Shown: in pieces, positions 12,480 to 25,330 of the stretch
Position numbering within the stretch: the stretch's first letter is position 1
Layout of the letters: each line of letters starts with the position of its first letter
Source: Octopus sinensis
Taxonomy: Eukaryota
Length of the DNA: 64,000 nucleotides
Assembly: GCF_006345805.1 (NCBI RefSeq)
Contig: NC_043002.1
Span: forward strand, 87,420,001-87,484,000
Direction: 5' to 3'
The notes under the pieces: generated by a model
What the model was told of the DNA's origin: nothing
The model's input: only the letters and a program-made list of their open reading frames with translations
Database searches by the model: none
Position numbers and translations under genes: made by a program

Positions 12480-13077
12480 CAATAGATTTTGCAATGACTA
12501 TTAAGCCGGATGTTCGATAAATAATAGCAAGTGACTCATCAGATCTGTCAGGAATAGTAAAAAAATATGGCGATTCCTCTTCGTCATTGGGTGCGGTGTA
12601 AAATGATGTAACGAACCGAAGGAGGCCTATATCTCGAGCTATATCCCTTGGATCTTTTCGGTTTGAACGGCAGTTTTTACAAATAATTTCCACGTAACTA
12701 AACACTTTTAAACTTCGTATACTGGTTGAATGTGTTTATAAAACATCTTTTTCTCTTGGCTTTATGGAGAAAATTCTATAGTTTGTAAGATATTTGTTGT
12801 TTTTTTTCTTCAATTTCTGCAACTTCAACCAATCAATGACGTCTATTGAGGTGAAAACATTCTGTGCCGTATGAATATGTCCCTTGTTTAAGAAACAGAT
12901 TGGGTTTATTTACATTTGTAAAGAAAAAAGATACCCTTCCACCACCCCTAACCCTAACCCTAACCCTAACTAACCCTAACTAACCCTAACCCTAAAATTT
13001 CATATGACACCGCTAGAAAAAACTGTCGTTGAAACCGAAAAGATCCTATCCCTTGGCTCCAAAAGCCTCAGAGTTTT
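12480..13077 (-). CDS. Candidate coding exon (193 nt after removing the MITE and one TSD copy; phase 0 to 1), unidentified protein
   Basis: Branch-like CCTAAT, acceptor ttttcag|, donor G|gtaag; single open frame KTLRLLEPRDIARDIGLLRFVTSFYTAPNDEEESPYFFTIPDRSDESLAIIYRTSGLIVIAKSI once 12642-13046 is excised. Confidence 0.4.
12650..13046 (+). mobile_element. MITE with GG termini and 8-bp TSD (Merlin-like; hAT not excluded), copy 1
   Basis: TIR GGATCTTTTCGGTTTGAACGGCAGTTTTT; perfect TSD TATCCCTT (12642-12649, 13047-13054); internal (CCCTAA)n-like tract 12946-12995. Confidence 0.88.
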
Positions 13078-13674
13078 CTGAAAATGTGTGTACAGATTAG
13101 GGGTTGGTATTCGTGTAGGAATATGTGTAAGGGTATTATATTTGTAGGGTTTTTTGTAGGGTGATATGGGAGTGTTAGGTAGGTCTCATATGTGTTAGTG
13201 TTCATTTGTTTATGTTTTAGTTAAACCCTTTTTGGGGTCAGATCATGACATTTCTCTTTTTGTTCCCTTACTAATTATTGATCTATTGTAAGAATGGTAA
13301 GGTGCGAATTAAGATAATATTTTGGTTGCTACTCTCTCGTTCGCCTGGTAAATGTGTGAGCGTGTGTATGAGTGTGTGTGTATATTCATGAATGTACATA
13401 TATCTATGTGTACATATGCATGTATATATATGTGCGTGTATATGTATGCGCATGTACATGTGTGTGCATGTATATGTATGGGCGTGTATATGTGTGTGCT
13501 TGCATATGCACACACAGGGACTTGCACTCACACAGTGCATACACAAACACACTCACATGCGTACACTCATATACATCCAATCATTGGTGTGTATGTGTGA
13601 CACACACACAGAAATGTGGGGTTAAGATAAATGAAAGCAATATATGTTTTTGTAAAGTAGTATCTTCACTTATG

Positions 13675-13707
<33 letters not shown>

Positions 13708-14542
13708 TCTCTCTCCCTTTCTCCTCCTTTCACACATCTACGCTCACGACACAGTGAAAAGATAGCTTCATATAAAATTGCAGAAAGAATTTGCTTTTCT
13801 TACTCGTGTATGGAAACGGCTGTCATAAGTGGTTACTAAAGCAGGGAAGACATAGTTTACAAAGAAAACATGTCATTTGTATGGAATCATTATTCACAAA
13901 TCTCCAATATTTGACTTTGATTACGTCTTCAGGCTAAGAAAATATTAGTGAATCTCGTATAGAAATGGCCGAGTGACTTTGTCAGAATATCTAGAGGCGT
14001 CAGCACTACGTAGGATCTCCTGATAAAGCCCCGCAACTAATTTGTTCCTTTGCAATCTATTGACAGTCAAACGTCTGGCGATACTGGGAGTGACGTAGGT
14101 ACCCTTGTTGGTGTTGTTGATTCAAACTGTGCCCGCCTGCCTCCGAAGCTGCTTCCTCCTATTCTGTATTTAAACACATTGATTTCCAATGTGCCATTAT
14201 TTCTTGATATATGTCCAAAATTCCTAAGCTTCTTTTGGATGGTGGTTTCTCTGTAGTATTTGTTTCATGTGAATATTTTCCAGGATGAAATTGCTTAGTC
14301 GCCTTTCGATGCGTATGATATCCTTCAAGTTACAGAGAGAAAGTAGCATAAGTATGAAAGTAGTATCCGTAATGAAGTGTCTAACGTGTCGCTCTGATTG
14401 CTAGAAATAGAAGTGGTATCATCTTCAAATAATCACTCTAAAAACAGAAGGAATAATTGGCCGCTACTTTTTGAAGCAAAGGGCAGGATAGGATCGAGCT
14501 GGAACTGTTTGATCAAGGCTGACCATAGTGTAAACAACGTAC

Positions 14543-14762
14543 ACCATCACCACCATCACCACCACCACCAACAACAACAACACCAATGTCACCGCTGCCA
14601 CTGCTGCCACCGCCGCCGCAAATACCACCACTACCACCACCACCATCACCACTGCCACCGCTGCCGCCGCTGCCGTCGACGTCGCCGCAGCTGCCGCAGC
14701 CACCGCCGCCGGTGCCACGACGACGACGACGACGACGACCACCACCACCACCACCACCACCA
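14543..14762. repeat. Compound CAC/CAA/CGC/GAC trinucleotide tract
   Basis: Directly visible. Confidence 0.9.
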
Positions 14763-15454
14763 TGATGTTGACATTGCTTAACGTCTCTTCAAACAAATTC
14801 GTCCTTAAGGTTCACTAGATGGTCCATGTCGCTTACACAGACAAATATGAGTTACCCATTTAAAGAGCAATGTCCGGCAATTCCTCCTCTGAGAATTACA
14901 GATGGATGTAGCGTATCTTCTTAGAGCTCTTATTATCCCAAAACTCTGCCAACATGAATAGTCAACCCAACAAAGGTGGTAGAATGAAACACTCATTCGT
15001 TGTACAGTACTTTCACAGCCGCCCCAACCGTTGTATCAAATTGACCAATAACTCGTTGATGAATTTTAGGATGGCAAAAACCTAAAACTTAAGTTGAATC
15101 TGTTAAAGTTATGTAAAATATACAAGGAATAAAGAATAATCAAAACACTTTCGTACACATGGAAACCGATCTCGTTCTGTTCATTGTTAATTTTGTGCGA
15201 ACAATAAATATTGATTAGAATTATTTACATTGACAATAATCAAGCAATGATAGAGAGAAAAATGATGTCTAGGTTTAATTTCATTTATTTTTGTTTTGAT
15301 AAACAACTCATTAGTTCTGAAGATGTCTGTTAGATTACAACAACAAAAACTATAACAATAATAAGTCATGGTTATGATTGCTTGATGATGTTGGTGTTGC
15401 TGCTCATAAGCGTGGTGGCAGCAGTAGTGTGGCGTAGGTGTTAGTAGTACTATT

Positions 15455-15804
15455 TATGACGATGATGATGATGATGATGATGACGATGATAATGATGGTG
15501 TTAGTAATGGTGATAATGGCCATGGTGGTGGCTTGGTGTTCGTGGTGTTGTTGGCAATGATGGTAATGGTGGAGTTATGGTGGTAATGATGATGATGATG
15601 GTGTTGTTGTTGATGCTATCGCTGTTAATGTGTGCTGGTGATAGTGTTGATGACGATGATAGTGATATAGGTGGTGATGATGATGGTAATGGTAATGGCT
15701 AGCGGTGTTGTGGCTCATGTTGATGGTGATGGCAATGGTGATGATGATGATGGTGGTGATTACAGTGTCACTAGTGGTGGTGGTGGTGGTGGTGGTGGTG
15801 GTGG

Positions 15805-15835
<31 letters not shown>

Positions 15836-16424
15836 ATTTATTGTTCTGCAGTGGTTTTTGTTGCTGGTATTGATGGTGATGTACTTGTAGTGGGACGATG
15901 GTGTTGTTTGTAGTGGAGGTGTTCTTCTTCCTTGCGTTTATGACTGTTGGTGTTGAGGACAGTGATGATAATGATGTTGATGATAATAATGATTATGATT
16001 GTAGTGATGAAGATGATGATGATCAGGAGGAGCAGGAGGGAAAAGATGAAGATGATATTGGTGATGGTACTGTTAATGACGGTTGGTGCATTGGTTGTGA
16101 TGATAATGATGATGATGATGATGATGATGATGTGATGATGATGATGATGATGATATTTATTGTTCTGCAGTGGTTTTTGTTGCTGGTATTGATGGTGATG
16201 TACTTGTAGTGGGACGATGGTGTTGTTTGTAGTGGAGGTGTTCTTCTTCCTTGCGTTTATGACTGTTGGTGTTGAGGACAGTGATGATAATGATGTTGAT
16301 GATAATAATGATTATGATTGTAGTGATGAAGATGATGATGATCAGGAGGAGCAGGAGGGAAAAGATGAAGATGATATTGGTGATGGTACTGTTAATGACG
16401 GTTGGTGCATTGGTTGTGATGATA

Positions 16425-16455
<31 letters not shown>

Positions 16456-16500
16456 GGAGGAGGAGGAGGAGGAGGAGGAGGAGGATGGTGATGATGATGA
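15455..16500. repeat. GAT/GGT-rich low-complexity region containing a 319-bp tandem duplication (~15828-16146 and ~16147-16453)
   Basis: ORFs at 15898 and 16217, and at 15947 and 16266, start with identical peptides at a 319-nt offset. Confidence 0.9.
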
Positions 16501-17040
16501 TGATGAGGATGATGGTGATAATGATACTGATGGTGCTACAAGTGTTGATATCGCTAGTGTTGGTGACGGTGTTAGTAGCTGTGATAATGACTGTGTTAGT
16601 ACTTGTATTTTTGATAATGTTATAATAATGTTGATGGTGGTGATGGCCTTAGCGCTGGGGAAATTAGAATACAGTGTTACTAATACTTGACGCTAAACGA
16701 ACCAGCAGAAAAGATAAAGATAAAATCTGCTTTTAGAATACACCCACCAGAAAACCTGACACAATGATTATGTTTAACACTAATACAGAATTGCGGGCCC
16801 ATACGCGGCGAGAAAATAATTATAAAATATTCACTGTCGGACTAGAATTATTTAATAAAGAAAAATAAAAAAAAAGAAAGAAAAAAGAAAAATTAATAAA
16901 AGTTGCTTAGAAACATATCAAAGTAAAAATAAAACCGCTTTCTATCTTCAAGGAAAACAACAAATACGAAACAAAGGTTAAAATGACAAATAGTTATGAA
17001 AAATAAGGAGGAACCTAAAGTGTAAGCTAAAATTGGGGGT

Positions 17041-17285
17041 GGAGGCGCGTGGCTTAGTGGTTAGGGTGTCAGCATCATGATCGTAAGATTGTGGTTTCGA
17101 TTCCTGGACTGGGTGATGCGTTGTGTTTTTGAGCAAAACACTTCATTTCACGTTGCTCCAGTCCACTCAGCTGGCAAAAATGAGTAATCCTGCGACGGAC
17201 CGGTGTCCCGTCCAGGTGGAGAATGTCTATGCCACTGAAACCGGGAAACCGGCCCTTATGAGCCTGGCATGGCTCGAGAAGGATC
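17041..17285 (+). mobile_element. tRNA-derived SINE with CORE-like middle and V-domain-like 3' part
   Basis: GGAGGCGCGTGGCTTAGTGG A box, GGTTTCGATTCC B box; head and middle shared with 56755-57098; 3' CCTGCGACGGACCGGTGTCCCGTCCAGG differs. Confidence 0.8.
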
Positions 17286-17685
17286 ACTTATTAAAATTGA
17301 GGTTATAGGATACCATGATAAAATGAAGGTGAGAACAGTCCTTACATGTCCAGTAATTAAAAAAGCTGGATAAGGGTGAGTTAGGTAAGGATATTTCCCG
17401 ATATTGTCTAAGAAGCACTGAATGCAAAGCTGAGTCTACTATCATCAACATCCTTAAACAACCCTTATTTGAGCGAGATGGGCTACTCGATCTGAAGAAA
17501 ATTCTAACTGGGCTGAGGCCTACTAGGTCATGTGCTGTTTACTTTTATATGAGATCCCTATGTCTCGCATATATGGTTATGATGTATATGCCTAGTGTAC
17601 CCTTATCAGACGTGTAGTCATGATGGGTATACTGGGCTACGTATATTTTACCCCAGTGTTACTTTGATGATATGCACTGCTCTCT

Positions 17686-17755
<70 letters not shown>

Positions 17756-17775
17756 ACTACTACTACTACTACTAC

Positions 17776-17808
<33 letters not shown>

Positions 17809-17839
17809 TAATAATAAAAGAAGAGTGTCATTGTTATCT

Positions 17840-18246
17840 ACTCTTTAGTCTTTTACTTGTTTCAGTCATTTGACTGCAGCCATGCTGGACCACCGCCTTT
17901 AGTTGAGCAAAATCGACCCCAAGACTTATTTCTTGTAAGCCTAGTGCTTATTCTTTCGGTCTCTTTTGCCGAACCGCTAAGGAGACGTAAACACACCAGC
18001 ATCGGTTGTCAAGCAATGTTGGGGGGACAAACATAGACACACAAGCACACACATGCATATATATACATATGTATATATATTCGACAGGCTTCTTTCAGTT
18101 TCCGTCTACTAAATCCACTCACAAGGCTTTGGTCGGCCCGGGGTTATAGTGGAAGACACTTGCGCAAGGTACCACGCAGTGGGACTGAACACGGAACCAT
18201 GTACTTGGTAAGCAAGCTATTTACCACAGAGCTACTCCTGCGCCTA
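17840..18246 (-). mobile_element. tRNA-derived SINE, family C (CORE-like), full length
   Basis: Reverse complement of the copies at 20058 and 55449 (GGCACCTTGGGCAAGTGTCTTC core, internal TA/TG tract, CAGTC-AAAT-GACTG tail). Confidence 0.9.
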
Positions 18247-18363
18247 CACTTCTACGTCTAGTGAATGATATTTCGACATCATTCACTAGATAACAATGGC
18301 ACTCTTTTAATTTCGACTTATATCTTCTATATCTTCAGGAGGTGTTACCTCAATCGTTTATAT

Positions 18364-18365
<2 letters not shown>

Positions 18366-18422
<57 letters not shown>

Positions 18423-18482
18423 TAATAATAATAATAATAATTAATAATAATAATAGTAGTAATAATAATAATAATAATAATA

Positions 18483-18526
<44 letters not shown>

Positions 18527-18620
18527 CCTTAAATGATGATGAGGAGGAGGAGGAGAACGAGGACGATGATGATGTCGACGATGATGATGTTGACGGCGAC
18601 GACGACGACAACGACGATGA
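18366..18620. repeat. (TAA)n directly followed by (TTA)n, then GAT/GAG/GAC tracts
   Basis: Directly visible. Confidence 0.95.
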
Positions 18621-19304
18621 TTACAAAGATGATTGCAACTCTCAAAATAAAGTACATTCAATATGTTACAATGAAAACAGTCACAACAGTGCGAACAATG
18701 TTCGTACCTTCAAGGTGTGCCCTATGGAAGGACTAAATAATTACACACTGCATAAAACCAGTCAAATGGTTGCTAACTTGAACATAGTTGAATAACCTAA
18801 TAAGTGGGAAGCCTTAAGCTATGAACAAATATTCAGTTTAAGCAGCATGGAATTTGAATTACTGCAAGCGTTACAGTTGTCACTGAATGCCACATTTCCA
18901 CCCGAGGCTTCATCATATTAAATACAAATTTAGAACAATATCTGAAAGGTGTTCAGCTTCCGTCTTATTTATTTCTTGCAAATGGTTTATTTGCAAAATA
19001 ACAACAACAACAACAACAGCTGTGGCAATAGCAGCACGGAAACAAATGAAAATAAATGTGAGAAAAAGACAAACTGAACAAAATGAGAATTTATAAATCA
19101 GATAATTATACAAAAGTAAAAATAATGTCTTTATGGCGAGTTCATAGAGATAAGCGCGTGGTTAAAAGGTTCGTTCTGCGTTTACGTGTCTGTGCTTTAG
19201 GTTTTAATGCATGTAAAATGGCCAAGCATTTGGTACCATATGTTCAACGATCAATGTTTTGTAATTGAAAGTTAGCAAAAGAAACCCGACAGATGTGTCG
19301 CTTG

Positions 19305-19640
19305 TCTCTTACTTGTTTCAGTCGTTGAACGGCAGCCATGTTGGGACATTGTCTCGAAGGATCTGTTGAATAAATACGTCCTCTTTTTTTTTGTTTTTTG
19401 TTTTACCGAACAGTGCGGTAACGGAAACGTAAGCAAATCAACACTGTATATCAAGTGGTGGGGGAGGGACAGACATTACACCTGTGCACGCGTACACACT
19501 CATATACGCATATACGCCTGTCTTTTGCACAGATTCTGTCAACCAAATTTGCTCACAAGGCATTGGTTGGCTCGGAGATGTAGTCAGAGGAGCTACTCAA
19601 TAGGAGTAAACCCGAAACCCCACGCTTGCAGAGCGAGCTT
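19305..19640 (-). mobile_element. Old, diverged family C SINE
   Basis: CTTACTTGTTTCAGTCGTTGAACGGCAGCCATGTTGG and ACAGATTCTGTCAACCAAATTTGCTCACAAGGCATTGGTTGGC resemble the C tail and core. Confidence 0.55.
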
Positions 19641-19652
19641 TAAGCATACTTA

Positions 19653-19692
<40 letters not shown>

Positions 19693-19771
19693 CACACATA
19701 CACACAAACGCGCACACACATACACACATACACACACACAATAGAGCATTCGTTGCATTAGACAAAAATAC

Positions 19772-19965
19772 CTTGTTATACTTGCCTCCGTCCTGATAAT
19801 ATCCTCTTACACTCAGACCGTTTATACGCATTAAACAAAATGCTGGGGTCAATTCTGTTTCTTTATTTCTGTTCCGTGTTGTACATAGCTGGTCATCGTT
19901 GAACAGCTCCCGTAGTGTGTCAGTCTTACTACGAGCAGAGATCACTAACCACTTGCAGAGGTCTT
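19772..19965 (-). CDS. Candidate coding exon (194 nt, phase 1 to 0), unidentified protein
   Basis: Acceptor tccttttctccataaatgtag|, donor AAG|gtattt; open frame xDLCKWLVISARSKTDTLRELFNDDQLCTTRNRNKETELTPAFCLMRINGLSVRGYYQDGGKYNK in non-repetitive sequence. Confidence 0.45.
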
Positions 19966-20057
19966 CTACATTTATGGAGAAAAGGACACTACGAGATCCC
20001 TACCTAATAAGATCCTTCTTACAGCACAACGTAGCCAATTTTGAGGAATATATATAT

Positions 20058-20227
20058 AGGCGTAGGAGTGGCTGTGTGGTAAGTAGCTTGCTTACGTACC
20101 ACATGGTTCTGGGTTCAGTCCCACTGCGTGACACCTTGAGCAAGTGTCCTCTACTATAGCCTCGGACCGACCAAAGCCTTATGAATGGATTTGGTAGACG
20201 GAAACTGAAAAAAACCCGTCGTTTATA

Positions 20228-20276
<49 letters not shown>

Positions 20277-20510
20277 GTGTGTGTATATGTTTATGTGCCT
20301 GTGTTTGTCCCCCCCCCCAACATCGCTTGACAACCGATGCTGGTGTGTTTACGTCCTCGTAACTGAGCGGTTCGGCAAAAAAGACCTATAGAATAAGTAC
20401 TATGCTTACAAAAAATAAGTCCTGGGATCGATTTTCTCGACTAAAGGCGGTGCTCCAGCATGGCCACATTCAAAAGACTGAAACAGGTAAAAGAGTAAAA
20501 GAGTAAAATA
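20058..20510 (+). mobile_element. Family C SINE, full length
   Basis: GGCGTAGGAGTGGCTGTGTGG head, GGTTCAGTCCC B-box-like, CORE-like GACACCTTGAGCAAGTG, tail ending GTAAAAGA repeats. Confidence 0.92.
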
Positions 20511-21293
20511 GTATGTATATATATATATATATATATATATGCAGAAAGAGTGAGAGAGTTGGGAATAAGGAGAGAGAAATCAACAGCTATGATTGATGCT
20601 TTATTTACCAACCCCGAAAGGCTGAAAAGCAAAGTTGACTTCGGCGGGACTTGAAATCATTTAAGCTCAGAAAGGAAACAACCAGAACAAATACTGTAAC
20701 GTATTCTATCTGATGTGCTAACGACTTTAACAAAAGCTGCGTGGTGGTGGTTGTGGGGGGGGGGGGTCGATACAATCGGTAAAAATCGTTCGGATCAAAG
20801 TGAGAAAAATTTCTTTTGTGCTTTGTTCTTGTATAATGCTAGCACCAATCTAGTCAAACAGAAATAGAATCAAAAGACAATCCAACCGTAATCTTGTCTC
20901 TTATGGTTTTTATACACTGTGTTTCTTGCTGTATCTTCTTTTTTCAGACGATAGGTGTGTAATGTGATCGAAATTTTGTAGCTATTTAGAACAGGTTGAG
21001 AGATCCTATAACAGCCTGTTGATGGTTTATTCTCAATGGCGTTGGTAATTCAAGTTTTTTATTGAAGAGTCGAAAACGGAGGTTTGTCTCATTAAGCTAG
21101 AGGTTCAAGGAGTAATTAAAGACAAGGGTTATACTCACCAAGCCAAGGAGAAATTTTCTCAATTATAATGTGTGAAACATATGGAGAAGGAACAATAAGG
21201 AAAGTGAAAAGAGAGACGAGAAAGTTAATATTCTCTTAAAACCTTCTGACGATGAATATGGCTATGAAAACGGTGAAGATGGGAAAGTCACTG

Positions 21294-21704
21294 GGATCTT
21301 TTCGGTTTGAACGGCAGTTTTTAACATAATTTCTAGGTAACTAAAAAATTTTAAACTTCGTATACTGGTAGAATGTGTTTATAAAACATCTTTTTTTCTT
21401 GGCTTTATTGAGAAAAGTCTATAGTTTGTAAGATATTTGTTGTTTTTTTCTTCAAATTCTGCAATTTCAACCAATCAATTACGTCTATTGAGTTAAAAAG
21501 CATTCTGTGCCGTATGAATATGTCCCTCGTTTAAGAAACAGATTGGGTTTATTTACATTTGTGAAGAAAAATAGATACCCCCCCCCATTAACCCTGACCC
21601 TAAAATAGATTGAAATGCAATAGGTCGATACTAGGGTCATAATTATGGGTGACAATTTCATATGACACCGCTAGAAAAAACTGCCGTTCAAACCGAAAGG
21701 ATCC
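21294..21704 (+). mobile_element. Merlin-like MITE, copy 2
   Basis: Same TIRs and body as 12650-13046; TSD AGTCACTG / AGTCAGTG (7/8). Confidence 0.88.
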
Positions 21705-21859
21705 AGTCAGTGCTGTTGTTGTTTAGTATTTCTGTTGGTGCTGCCGTCGTCTTTGTTGTATATTGTTGCTACCGTTGTTGCTGTAGCCCTCGTTGTTATT
21801 TTTGCTATCGTTGTTTAGCTCTGAGGTGGTGCCGATAGAGGAAAAGTGAGTGAAAGTTA

Positions 21860-22110
21860 TAGGCTCACGATTACAGTGTTGTGAGTACGGTACCCGGCAG
21901 CGCGTTACTCAGTTGGCAGAAAAGAGTTGTACCTCTATTCCAAGGGGCCAGCCTTGTCAAATCCTGTGTCACTCTGAATCTCCCTGAGAACTACGTTAAG
22001 GGTACGCGTGTCTGTGGAGTGCTCAACCGCTTTCACGTTAATCTCACGAGTAGGCTGTTCCGTTAATCGGATCAACTGGAACTCTCCTCGTCTTGACCGA
22101 CGAAATGTCA
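21860..22110 (+). mobile_element. SINE with family K 3' domain, internally deleted and diverged
   Basis: GAGAACTACGTTAAGGGTACGCGTGTCTGTGGAGTGCTC..GCTGTTCCGTTAATCGGATCAAC shared with 6066 and 56755. Confidence 0.8.
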
Positions 22111-22329
22111 GTAGAGGAAAGATGACGACAAATATTCCAGCAATGACGGCTCCGTCTTTTTCCCGACAGACCCATACTGTACGCCTGAATTACCATATTC
22201 AATGTGTCCTGTCCTGTTTTTTCAGGCGATAGGATGTGCTTTAATTTGAGGTTTGGCTATGTTTTCGCAGGACAACTAACCGTTTAGAAAATTCCTCGCT
22301 GGATAATGATTGTAATAATCTTTTCTACT

Positions 22330-23030
22330 TAAAGCACAAGGCTTGAAATCTGATGGATGGGGGACTAATCCATTATGTCGACTCCAGTGTTTCACTGGTA
22401 TTTAATTTATCGACCCCGAAAGGAAGAAAAGCAAATTTGATCTCGGCGGAATTTGACATCACAATGTAGCGGCAGATGAAACATTGCTAAGCATTTCGCC
22501 CAGGGTGTTAACGATTCTGTCAGCTCGCCGACTTGATGATGATGATAATAATAATAACTACGGTAAGATTGGTGATAGTTATAATAGTGGTGGTGATGAT
22601 AGTGACGAAGATAAGGATGTTGATGGCTGAAAAAATTTATTAGTTTCAGATTTTGGCTGAAGAACAGCAATTTTAAGGAGAGGATTTTAGTCGACGTAGT
22701 CGACCGCAATAACTGACTGGAACTTATCTTAATCGAGCCTGATGACCTCGGTGGAATTTGAACTCTCATCGTAATGAGTCGGAAGACATAACAAGACATT
22801 TTGTCCGAAACTCTATTCTGCCAGCTCTCCGCAGATGCTGGTAATAATAATTCTTTCTACGATAGGCACAAGAATTGGAATTTTGGAAGAGGGAGATAGT
22901 CAGTTATATCAATCCTAGTGCTCAGCTGATACTCATTTTATTGACCCCGGAATCATGAAAGGCAAAGTCGACTCGGTGGTATTTGAGCTCAAAACTAAGC
23001 ATTTTGTCCAGCGGGCTAACGAATCGGCGC
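22330..23030 (-). mobile_element. Cluster of three diverged family M SINE fragments
   Basis: Recurring ATCGACCCCGAAAGG..AAAG(C)AAA..CTCGGCGGAATTTGA motifs near 22410, 22740 and 22945. Confidence 0.7.
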
Positions 23031-23049
23031 CCTGATGATGGATTTAGTG

Positions 23050-23105
23050 ATGGCTATGATTGTAGTGATGATAATGACGACGATGACAATAATGTTGATG
23101 ATGAC

Positions 23106-23166
<61 letters not shown>

Positions 23167-23200
23167 ATAATGTTGATGGCGACGATGATAAATATAATGG
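23050..23200. repeat. (GAT)n tract
   Basis: Directly visible. Confidence 0.95.
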
Positions 23201-23923
23201 CGATGACAGTATGCTATTGAAAGTGTATTTCTCAATAGGCATGAATTCATAGAAATGAGAAAATGTTGGGAATTTGTTGTTCTGATTGAACCTCTTGTAA
23301 GCCATGACTGAGTAGACCAAACCAATCCATCTATTTCTCTATTTAAGACTGCAATAGCCATTGGTTTCTGTTGTTGAATCCTCCAGTCAGTTTCATTTGA
23401 GTTGATCTATGACGAAAACGGTCCCAACCTTCATTGTTTATATCTTGAACTACACCAATTTTCTTTCTTTCTCCAAAGCGGTAGTGTGTTATTTGACAGC
23501 ATTTGGTTGCTATTTCTGGAATGTTGAGCGCATTGGATCATTATGAGGAATCATGTAATTAATATTGTTTGTTATGTTCACTGTTCCAACACGAAATGGA
23601 AACCAACCTGTTACCTCCATTCACTGCGAACATTTCTGGAATGATTGAAGGTAAATAGAAAATCACAAGGAACCTACTTTGAAACTAATTAACTATTAAT
23701 TGGTTTGCTAATTAGCTAATTTATTTATTCATTAAATTTGTGAGGTGAAGAATATCCCCGTCCATAACCTTTGAAAGACCCCGAGATTAAGAGAAGAATG
23801 ATGTTTCAGGGAAAATGGAAGCTGCGGAAGGAACTTTAAAAGCAGAGTGAACGTTGCTGAAGGTAACAAAAGAGTAGATGCTGTTGGTTCTGCTACTGCT
23901 TCTACTGTTGATGCTGACGTTGC

Positions 23924-23954
<31 letters not shown>

Positions 23955-24764
23955 GCTGCTATTGTTGTTGTTGTTGTTATTGTTTAATGACGTGATAATT
24001 CTGATTATGCAAACCTATGATTAAATGCTTCTTAGCCATAGACATCTTATTTTATTATACAAATAAAGTGTATCAATGACTACATTATTTTGCGCATCCT
24101 TCATTCTTTGTTTTAAAACAGTAGAGTGTGTGGATTGAGGGCAGTTTGGCTGCTATTTCTAGCACGGGGAGTGATTACATAGAATGTCGTTTGCTGTTGT
24201 TCAGCACCAGGCAAGCTCTCATCGAGCCGACATATAATCAAAAGTGTTCCATCCATGACCAGCCACCTTTTCAAAAGTACATATAGAATTACTTTACCCA
24301 ATGTGTTCTTGTTTTTCCTAGAAAAGAAAAGGGTAGGAGCTGAGAGAGAATTTGCTGCCTTTTCGATAACGTAATCAATCACCCAGTTTAAGACCACAAC
24401 CCAGTCCTTGTCTGCCTTCAGCAGATTCCCTACGCATCGGTATTGGAGGTCCTGAAGCGGATAATAGCTGCTGTCGTTTTATGTTTGATTAAGTCATGAA
24501 ATCCCCAAAAGAAGTAAAACAAAAATACGTAGGGTTGTAGGCTTCTTCGTAATTCTAAGAAGCGTAAAGTTTTCCAAAATAAATGTTGACGGTTTTTTTT
24601 ATTCATATGGCCTTAAAAAGTATTGTGTTTTTTTTTGTTTTTTTTTGTAATAACAGATGATCAGTTTTCATAAATTGCACGGTGTGTAAGGCCTTCAAAA
24701 TTAGTATTCTCCTTGTGTTTGGTAAAACATGGTCAGATTTCAGAAATCAGGCAATCTTTTATCT

Positions 24765-24922
24765 TTTGTTTGTTCAGTCATTTGACTGCAGCCATTCTGA
24801 GTAAGTACTAGGCCTATAAACAAAAAAGTACTGAGAGCGATGCATTCGACAATAAATTCTTCAAGGTGGTGACCCAGAATGGCTGCAGTCAAATGACTGA
24901 ACAAACAAAAGATAAAAGATAT

Positions 24923-24964
<42 letters not shown>

Positions 24965-25285
24965 TATATATATACGACGGGGTCTTTTTTTTCAGTTTCC
25001 CTATACTAAATCTACTCACAAGGCTTTGGTCGGCCCGAGACTACAGTAGAAGACACTTTCCCAAAGGTATCATGCTTCTTACCACACAGCCACGCCTGTG
25101 GGTTCTTCGAAAAACTTTTATCTGTCATTGGACTGCAGCTATGCTAGGAAACCGTCTTGAAAGTTTTAGTGAAACAAATTGAGCCCAGTACTTATTTTTT
25201 AAGCATGGTCGATCGGTTATGCCGAACCGTTAAGTTTGGATAACGTAAAAGAACCAACACTGGTTGTCAAGACAAACACATACAC

Positions 25286-25330
<45 letters not shown>

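Noticed and set aside
12510-12545. Minus-strand CTGATGAGTC as a hammerhead start
   Set aside because: No GAC-GAAA partner; lies in the candidate exon frame.
12946-12995. (CCCTAA)n as a true telomere or chromosome fusion scar
   Set aside because: The tract lies inside a MITE with TIRs and TSD and recurs in the other copies.
15898-16690. Acidic Asp/Glu-rich ORFs
   Set aside because: Derived from GAT/GAG repeats and the 319-bp duplication.
18840-18920. UIM-like peptide FELLQALQLSL on the plus strand
   Set aside because: Short, ends in a stop, no supporting exon chain; likely chance.
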